Origin: Lama glama
Taxonomy: Eukaryota
Length of the DNA stretch: 64,000 bases
Assembly (NCBI GenBank): GCA_028534125.1
Contig: CM052817.1
Span: 70,992,001-71,056,000 of the forward strand
Direction of reading: 5' to 3'
Shown here: positions 23,241-35,469 of the stretch, piece by piece
Layout of the letters: every line of letters starts with the position of its first letter
Position numbering within the stretch: position 1 is the first letter of the stretch
Translations under genes and position numbers: made by a program
The notes under the pieces: generated by a model
Database searches by the model: none
Told to the model about the DNA's origin: nothing
What the model saw: only the letters and a program-made list of their open reading frames with translations

Positions 23241-26200
23241 GCTCTGATTTCTGAGGCCCAGCGAGCACGCTGCCTGGAAGGGAACTTAAGTTAGCGCTCA
23301 AGTTTGTAGACAAAAGGGTGTAAATATGCAACATAAGTGTAACTGTAACCCTGACCCAGTTTGGCCTCAAGATCTGTCATTGCCGCTGCGGCTGCTGCTC
23401 CAGCGTTTGGAGTTTGCTTGTGTTCGAAAGGGAGCAATTGTCAAGCGGGTTTAAACGAATACTTTTAGATCTGGGTGATTTCATCCTCCCACCAACACCC
23501 CCAGCTTCACTTTCAGAAACACAGAAACGTGCCAGAGTTGGCCCTATTTGAGGCAAGGCCTTCATACAGGCAGCAGCCAATGCAACGTGAAAGCCGCTTT
23601 CGTCCTAAGGTCGTAGGCTTTCGGTGTGCAGGGTTTCAGCTGAAAAACGATCGGCTCTAGGATACCCGTTCCCTAATCTTGAGATTTGGAATGTTCGTGC
23701 GTGGGGCCAGGGGAGAGGGGGCCTCTGCAGACGATAATGTTTCAGATGAGAACTCGCAAAAGTAGTTGAATACTTTAGAAGAAAATGCCTGTCCTGTGTT
23801 GGTAAGAGAACCAAGTCCGCTGATACTCTTGCAATGATTGTTGAACAGACCTGTTTTATCCAGATTGTTAATGAAAATCTACTGGACTTGATAAATCAGT
23901 TCAGCCAACATCTACTTTTTATAACTGCTGCTTTTCAAACATGCAGTTTATCGTTTATCCTGAGAACCAGAAGTTGAATTTTTTTTGCAAGTCAAAATTG
24001 ATGGCTTAGCCTTAATATCCTTTGGATCAGCCATGCTTGTCAGTATCAAGTGCTTTATTTCCAGAAGTCCTTGTTTACTGTATGGGTTTTGAATGTGAAC
24101 ATTCAAACATTGTGAATGTGAACATTTTGAATGTGAACAGTGTAACAGGTTTTGTACTTCTGTCCTGAACATACATGATGATATTATTTGTGAACAGTTT
24201 TTGTTCTCATAATGTTAGTATACATTCTTGATTTTGTTTTGCTTTGGAAGAGCTTTGTATGTGGAAGGACTACAACATGATAATTTAGGAAGAGATCCCA
24301 AATCTTTTAGAATAAACCCATGTTTAACAGTGATCCAAGGATTGTATCTTGTCTTGATTTTCTGGATATGTATTAGTGTCTTAGTGAACAGTTTTCAAAG
24401 TGGCAAATACTTTCCTAAGCCTTAGAAATTTTGTGAATGCTCAGGGAATGCCAGGATATCAGGATATTAAATCTGTAAAAACAAATTAGTTAATATACTT
24501 AGAAGCCAAATATAGATGATGCTTGATTTCTACTATTTATAATCACCACTTTTCTTTGACATAATTAATTTTTTTCAGCATTTGTTGCATGCTTTCCAGT
24601 TGAGGACTTAAGATTAGCCTAGTAGATAAGATAGAATCCCTGCCTTTCTCCTAAATTGACCTGTATTTTGATGGCATTGGAGCTGGCTTTGACCTTGAGG
24701 GATGTGACGGGTAGGAGGAGGGCAGGGCTGTCTTGAGGCCATGACAAAAGTCTAAAAATTTAGAAACTAAGAGGCAAAAGGAGTGCTGGGTGGGAGGGAA
24801 AATCCTAGGCATAGAAACTGAAGAGAATACTTAAAAAGGGCCAGATTGCAGAAAGACCTTAAGTGCTAAGGAATTTGGAAATTAAGATAAAGGCTTAGGG
24901 TTAATTTTTTTTTGTTTTTGTGGGAATAAGTAGTTTAAGTAGATAAATAACAAGGTCAAATCTGTTTTTGTTTTAATCTTAGAAAAAAGTGATTTTTACT
25001 CCTAGTGTTTGTCATCCATAGATAATGATTAAGCGGTCATTTGGGTTTGTGATTGATTCTTTAGCCCTCCGTGAATTAGTTTGCTTTTTAATATATCTCC
25101 GTGGAATTCCAGACATGGTAAAAGAGAAACAGATCAGAAGTATGAGTATGAAACATCAGAGAAGACAGAATTGTAAAACTGGAATGGTATCCAGAGGTCA
25201 CTTACTTCAGTGGTTATCAGACATTTTTAAAAACAGATTTGTTTTCCCACAGGAAACTGTACAGAGCCCTGACATACCAATCAGAAAAAAAAAGCAGAGC
25301 GGTTGTGTTTAAAAGAGAGGTGGAGGTCCAGGCGCTTCTGTTCGGAATGCAATCTGTAAAGCACCTACTTCACTTCTGTAATTTAATAGATAAACTTAAG
25401 ATCCAGAAAGGTGTAGGTGGGTGTTTTTCACCAATGCCTGTATAAGCTCCTTGTGGGTAGCAGCCTGTCTCCTGTTCATTGCTGTATGTTCAGGGCTTGG
25501 AACAAGTTGTAGCCTCATTAAACACTTGTTAAATGAAGTCTGATTCAGTCTTCCTAGTTTCAAGTCCAGGTCTCTTTCAGTTAACAGACCCCAGCAAGTC
25601 TCTTATTAGACACTTTGACATTGGAAAGGATAGGGAGGCAGAAACGGAGACTTCATTATCATTTTCCCTTGTTTTCTATGTTTAAATGTTAACAGGCTTT
25701 CCCCCATTTATTTGAAGATACAGTTTTACTCTTTGAGTCTGTGAAATATATCTCTTAAACGTCCTTCCTTGGAGTTCTATTTCTACATTTCAGTTATTCA
25801 CTGAGCAACATATAGGTGGTTCAGAATTATTTGTATTTCTACATGAAGTATTTGTTGAATATTTTCCAACTTTTATTCTGCCTTTTGAGAGTCCTTCTAA
25901 AGCTAAGTCCTCAAAGAAAGACTGAGTGAAATGATATCCTGATAATGATGGCATAACCCCATAATTTCTCCCAACTGGTAAAATTGAAAGGGGTCTTTTA
26001 AAAGTTTGTTTGGTAGGGAGACCCAGATTTACCAATTACAGATTGCTTTTTAATTCTACTTTTAGGAAGTAAATGGTGCTCATTTTCAAATGGAAATGTG
26101 TTTTCTTCCTTCCATATGCCTTTTCCAAGAATGATGCTACCAACAGTTTTATCCTTTTAATTGTCAATGTAGGAAAGACAAGATAGTAATAGGAATTATT

Positions 26201-27639
26201 AGAATTCATTATGGAAGCTACAAATAAACACACCATTCAGTCAGCGATACTATCTGGTGGGTTACAGGAAACCCTTCAACTTTGAGAGCACATGCAAAAT
26301 TTAAAATGATATTAATCTCCCTGGAGTGTCTGAAGTAAGTTCCTTTTGATCGGAGCAGTGTCTGTGTCTCAAGTTTCTAGTCTTCCTTTATAGCTAACCA
26401 GAAGCATCAGGTCCTCTCATGAAGATACTGCCATGGTATAATATAACTTTCTGCATACATAATATCCTTCTAAGCTGATTAGTAGATATCTCAAGAATTT
26501 TTTTTAAAATATTCCCTCCTTATATAAACAAGTATCTTTTATCTGGACTCAATTTTTATTTTTTGTTGCCCTATGTATTGCTTCAGTTACTTGTGTCTTT
26601 TCACCTCTACCCACCTCCCTCCCTCTCAGTTTTCTGAGATTTTTTCTGTAATAATTTTTGTAAACCACATTCATTGCCACTGATCTTAGTATTTCAGCTA
26701 ACTTCCATCTTTCTGATTAATCTGTAAGCCCTGAAATATTAGGTGCTAACCACGTTGAAATAGAACAGATTTTGAGCCAGTCTTCAATGGACTTTCCTAG
26801 AAATGAGAGCATCTTCGAAGTCAGCACTGCGTGTTAGAGCAGATCATTATATTCAGCCCTGGGGAAGCCACTATTGTTTCCAGTAGGCTAAGCATGCTCA
26901 GAATTGTCAGAAGGTGTGAGCTAGTGAAAAGGTTGCAGGCTCTGTTACAGCCCAGGGTTTTGTGGAGAAAATTACTTAACATCTCTGAGCTTCAGGGGAT
27001 AATAATACCTTCCTCATAGAGTTGTTGAGGGGATTACATTAAATGAGGTGCTGTTTTCAAAGTACCTGGTGTTTAGCTAAATGAGATGCTTAGCAAATGA
27101 GAGTCCCCTTCATCTCGTTTCCCTTAGAACAGCAGGATGTCCGTTCTAATGTTGGACAGACCATGTGAGTGTTCCTCATCATGTCCCCAGTGGCAGCGTA
27201 CAGTAGGCATTCAACGGAGTAAGTGAACTTGGCTTCATGTTTGTTGTTGCTTTTGAAGACTGGCCACAGAAAGGATCTGTGTATGGCCAGATCTGCCTAC
27301 TCCTTTCTTGTATTTAAGGCTCAATCCCTATTTTAGTCTTTTTATTATTTTCTTACACTGTCCAGCCCTCCCTCCCACGAATCTGCCTTGGAAGGTTTCT
27401 TCTGATAGGCCACTACCTCTTCTAGCTGGGTTGTGGGAAGAGGGGTTTTATGTTTTCTAAAATCGTGTGCCAAAAGTTGCCTGTAAGAGGAACTGAGGGA
27501 AAGGAGGATGAAGTAAGGAGGCGAGAGGGAGTAGTAAAACGCCTTGCCTAGCCAGTGGCCAAGTCCTAACTCGCTTGTTTTTCCTAGTATTTCTGAGAAA
27601 CAGGTATTGTGAAATGGGCTTTGGAACCTGTGATGCCTG

Positions 27640-27810
27640 ACTTCTTCACTACTTCCCAGCTATGTGAACCTGTATGAATTAGTGACCTTTCATGTCCCTG
27701 TTTGTTTGTGAAATGACCGTACTGATACTTTACAGGATTGTTGGGAGAATTATATAAGGTTATATATAGAAAGGCAGAGTACATGGCATGTAGTAGGTTT
27801 TCAACCAACA
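27640..27810 (+). mobile_element. MIR SINE remnant
   Basis: cactacttcccagctatgtgaacct...tgtgaaatgaccgta...caggattgttgggagaatta. Confidence 0.65.
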
Positions 27811-28562
27811 CTGGTTTTCCTTTTGTTCTTTCACTCTTAGCACATATTATCGTGGCATCCAGAGAGAATGACTGATGTAGTGGCCGGAATAATCTGTGCT
27901 TAATGCAGTGAGATTTCATCTAAATGGTTGCACAGGCTGTGTCTGCCAACAGTGACTGAACAATTACCTTTGTAGCTATTAGCCCTCCATTAGGAAGAAT
28001 AATCCAGGCTATCCAGATGATTGGAACTCCCCATTTTTTAATTCACTCGGGTTTCTAGTTGCAGATTTTTTTAGGGGTGTGTGTGTACATTTTATGCTCA
28101 CTAAAATGTGTATTTTAGCAATGCTATTGATGCTTTATTGGTAGGGGTTGTATATTCAGAATATTTGGTAATCAGTACTATGTGTACTGACCACTGAATG
28201 GATACCAACCTTGGCATTAGAGCAGGATTTTGTCAGACTGTAATGTGCCAGGCATTAGTCCTTTAGTTGCTGGATCATGAAGAGGTCTGGGGCAAGGGGC
28301 CAGCATGGTGGGGTGTCACAGGGAAGCAGGGTCAGGGCTGTGACTGTTTACTAACTGGTTCAGGAGTATTTTAATGTTTTAATAAGAATGATTGTTAAAA
28401 AGTGCATACTGCCTGAGTATTGACCTACTTTTTGGTAGTTAGTAATGAATGAATTACATTCTTAGATCTGATTCTGTTTCTATATTAGTATGAATAGTAT
28501 CTCCCTAGGATAGAGGAGCTTGTACTTTGCTGACCTTGATGTTCTTTTGAAGATAATGAAAA

Positions 28563-28770
28563 CTTTTTTTAATTTGTAGTATAGTCAGTTTACAATGTTG
28601 TGTCAGTTTCTGGTGTACAGCATAATGTTTCATTCATACATATACACACATATATTCGTTTTCATATTCTTTCATTATAGGTTACTACAAGATCTTGAAT
28701 ATAGTTCCCTGTGCTGTACAGTATTACCTTTTGTTTATCTATTTTATATATAGTAATGTGTGTCTGCAAA
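28563..28770 (-). mobile_element. L1 3' UTR fragment
   Basis: Same L1 3' terminus as 10095-10280 (gtttacaatgttgtgtcagtttctggtgtacagcat...atagttccctgtgct). Confidence 0.8.
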
Positions 28771-29259
28771 TTTGTACAGTGACTAGATGTAACTACTTGC
28801 TTTGTAAGTTTTGATTTTTATTCAGGTTTGCTTAAAGCAGGAATAGAATCAATTTTCCTTTGGTGGGATCTAATCTCTGGAAGGAGATTGTATCACTGAG
28901 GCAGATGTATTCTTTGGGTACAAGTTGTGATAATTTACTCTGGCCAAGGAGGGTGTAGATGCTTATAGAAATTCAGAGGCTGTATCTATCTTGTATATGC
29001 TAGTATCAGTCAGGCTGCACTGCAAAGGTCTATAGACTATTTTTTAAAAAATCTTTTGTTTACTTCTCAGAGCAGATTGTGACATTGAGTGTCAGAATAA
29101 TGTATTTCCCTCTTTTATACAGACATACCTTACTTGAAGTTAAAAATGTACAGCTCTTTCAGACGTTGTATAAAACCTGAATTTTTCTGTTTTTCAGTGA
29201 TTCATTTGTTGATGCTTTTTCATTAGACACTTTTCGGCTATTTGGTGGATGCAATGATT

Positions 29260-29925
29260 AAATTCCTCGTTGATTCTAAGACACTTTTTTTTTTCACATT
29301 TTTACCTCTGAAATTGGGATGCAACTTAGAATTGGTGGAATTTTAAAATTGGTTTTACTGAAGAGGAAGTCATAATATTGTTGTGTGAAAATCTGCCATT
29401 GACACCTGATGTGGTAGACTGAATAATGTCCCCTCTCCCAAATATGTCACCTGTCTTAATCTCTGAAACCTTTACAGCTGTGATTAAGAGCTGGGGAGAT
29501 TATCCTGGATCTGGGTCGGCCTGATACAATTACAACCTTCCTCATTAGCAGCTGGAGGAGTCAGCCTGCAGAGAAAGTAATGTGACTGTAGGAGCAAAGG
29601 TTAGATGATGTGCTTTGAAGGTGAAGGAGGGGGCTGTTAGCCAAGGAATGCAGGTGACCACTCGCAGCTGAAAAAGGCAAGGAGTTGGATTCTCTCCTGA
29701 GAGCCTCTGAAGGAACCAGCTTTGCCCATGACATTTTGACATTAGCCCAGTGAAACTAATTTTGGACTTCTGATTTCCAGAACTGTAAAAGAATAAATTT
29801 GTGTAAATTTAAGCCACTAAGTTTGTGATAATTTGTTACACTTGCAGTAGGAAACTAATACATCTGGTAAGATAGGAAAAAAAAGGTGGCAGTGTCAAAA
29901 CACTTTAGATATAATGAAATACAGT
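29260..29925 (+). mobile_element. Tc2/MER104-like DNA element interrupted by an MLT1 LTR (about 29410-29862)
   Basis: gattctaagacac...cctctgaaattgggatgc left arm and tagatataatgaaatacag right arm; internal tgtggtagactgaataatg...gcagtaggaaactaataca LTR. Confidence 0.65.
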
Positions 29926-30179
29926 AGATTTTTACATTCCTTTTGTTTCGAATGCTGTTTTTATACTTGAACTACTAGAGTAAAAAGAGTGGAATGACAA
30001 GGTGAAAGAAACTTCAGACTTGTATATTCTGGCAGTAGGGTATAAATTTCATAGTGGAAGCTATTGAAGTTTTATATTCTTTCTGTTTAAATATCACATA
30101 GTCCTTGTTGGTAATTGTGATGAGGTAAATGCTTGATACAGAAATGTTTGATGATTATTTACTCTAGCTTCTAAAGGCT

Positions 30180-30505
30180 TAGAGGCTGCCCACCTCTCTT
30201 GGCTCATGGCCCACTCTTTCCATCTTCAAAGACAGCAACATTGTATTTCAGAGGAGTCTTCTGGGTCACATCTCCCTCTCACTCTCTTCTGCCTCCTCCT
30301 TCCACTTCTAAGGACTCATGATTACATTGAGCTTACCTGGATAACCAAGGAAGTGCTCCCTCTTCTAAGGTCAGCTGCTTAACAATTTTAGTACTGTGCA
30401 TGACCTTAACTCCCCTTTGCCATGTAACCTAACATATTAACAGGTTTCAGGGATTAGGACATGGACATATGGGGTGAGGGAGGGATTACTCCATCTTCCA
30501 CTGTC
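30180..30505 (-). mobile_element. MaLR LTR fragment (MLT1)
   Basis: ggctcatggccc...ttctaaggactcatgattacattg...gggattaggacatggacat. Confidence 0.75.
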
Positions 30506-33089
30506 TGACAGACCATGTTAAAGAATTTGAATTTTTCCCTGATGGCAACAAGCTTTAAACAAGCTTTCCCTTTATGTTAGAAAGGTTTAAACAAGGAAGT
30601 AACAATCAGATTTGCTTTTTAGGAAAATCACTCTGGTAGCTGTGTTTGGTGTAGTCATTTGTGTAAAAAATTTTGTCACACAATCAATTTAGTAGGCCAT
30701 TTCCAGCACTTATTTCAATGATGTTTTAAAAACTTCTTATTTTGCAATAATTTTAGATTTGCAGAAGGGATACAAAGTACAGAAAATGCAGTACCCTTCA
30801 CTTAGCTTCCTCTTAAGTTTTATGTCTTCCTTTCATGTTTTAACGTCTTATAAAACTATGGTTGCTTTATCAAAACTAGGAAATTAACATTGATTGGGTT
30901 GTCTGTTTTCTTGCTGTTGAGTTTTAAGAGTTCTTAATATACTCTAGAAACAAGTCCTTTATTGGGCGTGTGATTTGCAAGTATTTTCTTCTAGTCTGTG
31001 GCTTGTCCTTTAATCCCACAGTCACAGATGAAAAGAAAATATTTTCAAATCACATTTTTGCAATGGTCTATAACCAAACCTGGGAAGTCACACAGCTTTG
31101 CCTCTGCCATTCTTTACTAGTAGAAGCTGTTCTAAGCTTGCTAAAATTCAAGGGGAGTAGATAGAGCCTCCCCAACCCTTTAACCAGCAGAGGATCAAAG
31201 AATTTGGGGGCCATGTTTTAAAACTGCCAAAGTTGCTGAGGCAGTTATAGGAAATATTAGGAAATGAAAATGCCTAGCACTAATGAAATTCCCCCAAATT
31301 TACAGAGCATGTTTTGTTTTTTAAAAGTACAGGTGTTATAAATTATTTGTTTGTAATATTTGCCAAGCTCAGTTTTTAATAAATGCAGAAGAAATAAAAC
31401 TTTAATATTAGTATACCTTAAGAGAAAATTAAGTTATCTAATATGTTTTAAAGTTGAAGAAAAGAAAATGCATGCCTTTTGGTCACAGTAAGACAATATT
31501 TAAAAATATTTTCTTGTCTTAGTTATCATTTTCTTTCAATTTAAAATGATCCTGATGTTTGTTTTTCTTTTTAAGTGCAGGATTTAAAAAATTGTTTTAA
31601 AATATTTTTTAAAATTTTGCTTTCAGATGAGTCTTGATTCACTTATTATCTTGATTATTTTCAGATTTTTTTTTGAATATTTAGATCTTGATATAAGGTG
31701 AGGAATGGTAAGCATTGATGTATAATTAGCTATTCCTGCCTTTTCATCCCCCCACCCCCAAAGTAAGTACCTTCCTTTCCTTGATGGATTGAAAAGTAAA
31801 TAGGCTTTTTTTGATGGGTAATTGGCTTCCGATAAATTTCAGCAGATACAACATCCCTGTTATTGTTAGAAAAATGGCATTTGTGTAGCTTGGACATGAT
31901 GATGATTATTTTCCTTTTTCCAGATCATGTAGCATGGATGAGCCAAATCAATCATGAAGTGGTAGATATTTAAACACATTTGTCTAACTCTAACTTGACT
32001 CTTCTCTTGACTGATAAATTTGTACCAGTGTTGGATTTTCTGAGACTGTAATGATGAGTGGTAAATCTGTTTTTAAAAAATACATTTAATTCAGAGAGGG
32101 AGGAGAACATTCAATTTACTTTTTTTTCTTTTTGGCATTTTAATGAAAGATTCCTGTGGACTTATTTCCTTTTAAGTAAATATATTATTATAGGTGAACT
32201 ATGATCATGTAAAATATCCTGTAAGAAAAGTAAACTATATACTTAGGAAAACAGTGTTATCCAAGTTTAGGCTCTCTGTATACCTCTTGGAATTACAGAC
32301 GTATGAATATTATTTTTTCTTCACAGCTTGATTGTATGTATTGTCTGTGTCTACCGTGGGCTATGTATTTAAATGACCAAAGATTAGGATTCCATTGCAT
32401 TATTTAGTTAGAGGTGAAAACAGACCAAGGAAATTATTCACATATCTTCTATAAACACATATTTTTCTATTTTTCTGTTTCTATACATTATTATGGCACA
32501 GAATACAGTGGTACTTTCTTTGTCAGAGAACTTAAAACAGCTCGTGAATTTTGTTGTTGTTGTTGTTATCCTTTCATTTCCTGTGTAGCACAGATATCTC
32601 TTTCCTTCCACAAGATAGGAAAATTAGATTCTAGGGTAATTAAAGTCTGCCCTTGGAACTAAGACTAGAGCTCCACTGTTTGGGACAATTGACCATCTTC
32701 TGGGCTAAAGAAAGCTAGTGGGATTTTAGTGTAGTGAGGGCCAGCAGATCATTGTTTAAAAGCACGGACTTGAGCCAGGTTATTTGAATCAGATCCGAGC
32801 CTTATTACATCCTAAGTATGTGACTGTGTTAAATGACTTAACTTTTGTGCTTCACTTATCTTATTTATATAGGGGTTATAATGATCCTGTTTGCTTCATG
32901 AGGCTGTGAGGAGGATTCAAGGAGTGCATATATGTAAAGCATTTAGAACAGTGAGTGGCACACACTGGAATAGGTTTAATAATATTTAGACTATTAATGA
33001 AATTAGTATTGTTAACTTTAATTATATTGATAAAAGTACATTCTGTAGTGATCAAAGATGTAAATACATAAAAATGGAAGTATTAAAGG

Positions 33090-33975
33090 CACTAGGAAAA
33101 GACGTGGGTATATTGTTTTCTAATATTGGTATGAGGAAGGCTCTACCAAGTATGAAAATTCATCAAGCATGACGGATTTTACTACATAGTAATTGAGGAA
33201 CTATAGCAAAAGACAGCATAAACAAAGTCAAAAGACAAACAGTAACCTGAAGGAAAATACAGACAGCACATAATAATAACGTATGGTTAAATTTCTTAAC
33301 ATACAAGAACATTTATAAATTACTAAGGAAAGTACAATCTTGTGGAAAAGGGCAAGTAACAGAGAAAGACACCCAAAAGAGTTAAGAGTTAAGTACTACT
33401 AACTAAAATGTTTCTCACTTATTAGATTGGCAAAGATTAAAATGGTACTCAGTATTGGGAAGATGAGGCATTCTTAAGCATTACTGATGGTCAGGATAAA
33501 TTGATAGGCCTTTCTGGAGAGATATTTGGCAATAATGGTCAATTTTAAAAGCACAAACCCTTTGAACATCCAGTTTCACATCTAGGAACTTACCCTGCAG
33601 ATTCATCACAGAAGTTGATCTTATAAATTAGTTCACTCCCTGGAATAAGTACTCATCAATGGGAATTTGGTAAATAATGTCTCTACAATGAAATGCTATA
33701 TAGATTTTTTAGGAAAATAATGAAGATTTATGTAACTAACACAGAAGGATATCCAGGATATATTAGGTAAAAAAAAAAGCAAGTTGCTAAACTGTAATAT
33801 GAAATATATATGCTTCTATGTACATTACATATATACACATAGGTGTACAAGGGATACACAAGAAACCATTAACTGGCTACACTTGCGAAGTAGGTTGTCA
33901 GCTACCAAGTAGTGAAGGGGACTTGTACTTTTCACTTTATATTCTTCATTGTTTGAATTTTTTTTTTAAACAGTG
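33090..33975 (+). mobile_element. Degraded ancient L1ME-like remnant
   Basis: aaacaaagtcaaaagacaaac, attagattggcaaagattaaaa, ctttctggagagatatttggcaata. Confidence 0.6.
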
Positions 33976-34044
33976 GGTATGATGTTACTTTTACAGTTAA
34001 AAAAAAAAAGCCAACAAGAAAGATTTGAACTTCTTCCATGCTAG

Positions 34045-34577
34045 TTATATTAGTTACCTGTTGCTGCATGACAAAATATCCCAAAACTTATCAACCTAAA
34101 ACAACAAATGTTTAATCTCATGGTTTCTGAGGGACATGAAACAGCCTAGCTGGGGGTTCTGGCTTAGGGTCTCACGAGACTGTTGTCAGGCTGGCAGCTG
34201 GGGCTCTCGTTATCTCAGGACTACTGGGTGTGAAGGGTCTGCTTCCAAGCTCACTCACGGGCTTGTCGGCAGGCCTCAGTTTCTCTTTGGTTGTTGGTCA
34301 GAGAGTTCAGTTCCTCACTCATGGGTTTCTCCAGAGGGCTTTTCACAACTTGGCAGCTTGGTTCTTCCACAATGAGTGAAATGATCTAGGAGAGAGCCAG
34401 CACCTGAAACTGGACAGATCCTGGAAGTGATATATCATATATCATTACCTCTGCTCTATGCTATTGATCACACAGTCTAGTCCTGGTATATTGTGGGAAG
34501 ATGTGAATTCAGACACAAGGATGTGATACCAGGAGGTGGGGATCATTGTGGGGCATCTTGGAGGCTAGCTCCCACAG
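34045..34577 (-). mobile_element. MaLR LTR (MLT1F/G-like)
   Basis: tattagttacctgttgctgcatgacaaaatatcccaaaactta...ggggatcattgtggggcatcttggaggct. Confidence 0.75.
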
Positions 34578-34722
34578 TGAGTCTATCGTAGTATATGTCT
34601 CTTGTAACAGTTTGGGATTATGAAGAAGTAAATAAATTAGGGCAATATTTAGATGGGAACTATGCCTAAAAATAAAGTCACCTTCCTGCTAATGCCTGTG
34701 AGTATTTGCTTTTCTTTTTCAG

Positions 34723-35469
34723 GTCCAGCACAGAATCAAATGCAGGTTCCATCTGGGTATGGATTATATCCTCAAAACTATGTTGCTCCCTCAGGACATT
34801 ACTCTCAAGGACCTGGGAAAATGACCTCATTGCCGTTGGATAGCCAGTCTGGTGATTACTACCCTGGTCTCTACACGGTACCAACTCAAAATGTGGTGAC
34901 TCCTAACACAGCAGGCCAACAACCAGGAGCACAGCAGAGGTATGGCAGGGTTCCTCCTGCTCCTCACGTCGTGGGATCCGCTCTGGGATCTTTCCAAGGT
35001 GCCACGTCATCAGCATCACATTTGCAAACGAGTGCCTCCCAGCCGTACTCCTCTTTTGTGAATCATTACAATAGTCCAGCCATGTACTCTGTCAATTCCT
35101 CTGTTGCTTCTCAGGGACTTCCCTCTACGTGTGGTCACTATGCTCTGTCAACTGTTTCTAATGCTGCGTATCCTAGTATTCCATATCCCTCTCTACCTGC
35201 TGGTGATCCATACAGGCAACAGATGCTTACCTCACAGAGTGCTCTGACTGTCAGGCCAATTCGAGAGAGTTCACTTTCTGGTCAAAACACGGCTGTCAGC
35301 CATCCATCACCACTTCCACCTCCACCGTCACAACAGTACCAGCAGCAGCAGAGTCTTTCAGGATACAATACTTTCTCATGGTCAGCTCCAGGCCTTCCAT
35401 CAACCCAGGACAATCTAATCCAAAACCACACCTCCCAGGTTGCGGCCAACAACAACCCAACAAACACTG
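34723..35469 (+). CDS. SEC24B: SEC24B coding exon 2 (GPAQNQMQVPSGYG...ANNNPTNT), 747 nt
   Basis: Acceptor tttctttttcag|GT; open frame within ORF 34653-35528; donor CTG|GTAAGT; joins exon 1 in frame. Confidence 0.96.

Noticed and set aside
31627..31697. Cryptic exon in intron 1 (tttcag acceptors, AAG|GTGAGG donor)
   Set aside because: Immediate in-frame stops and U-rich intron-like composition; such sites are common by chance and nothing else supports it.
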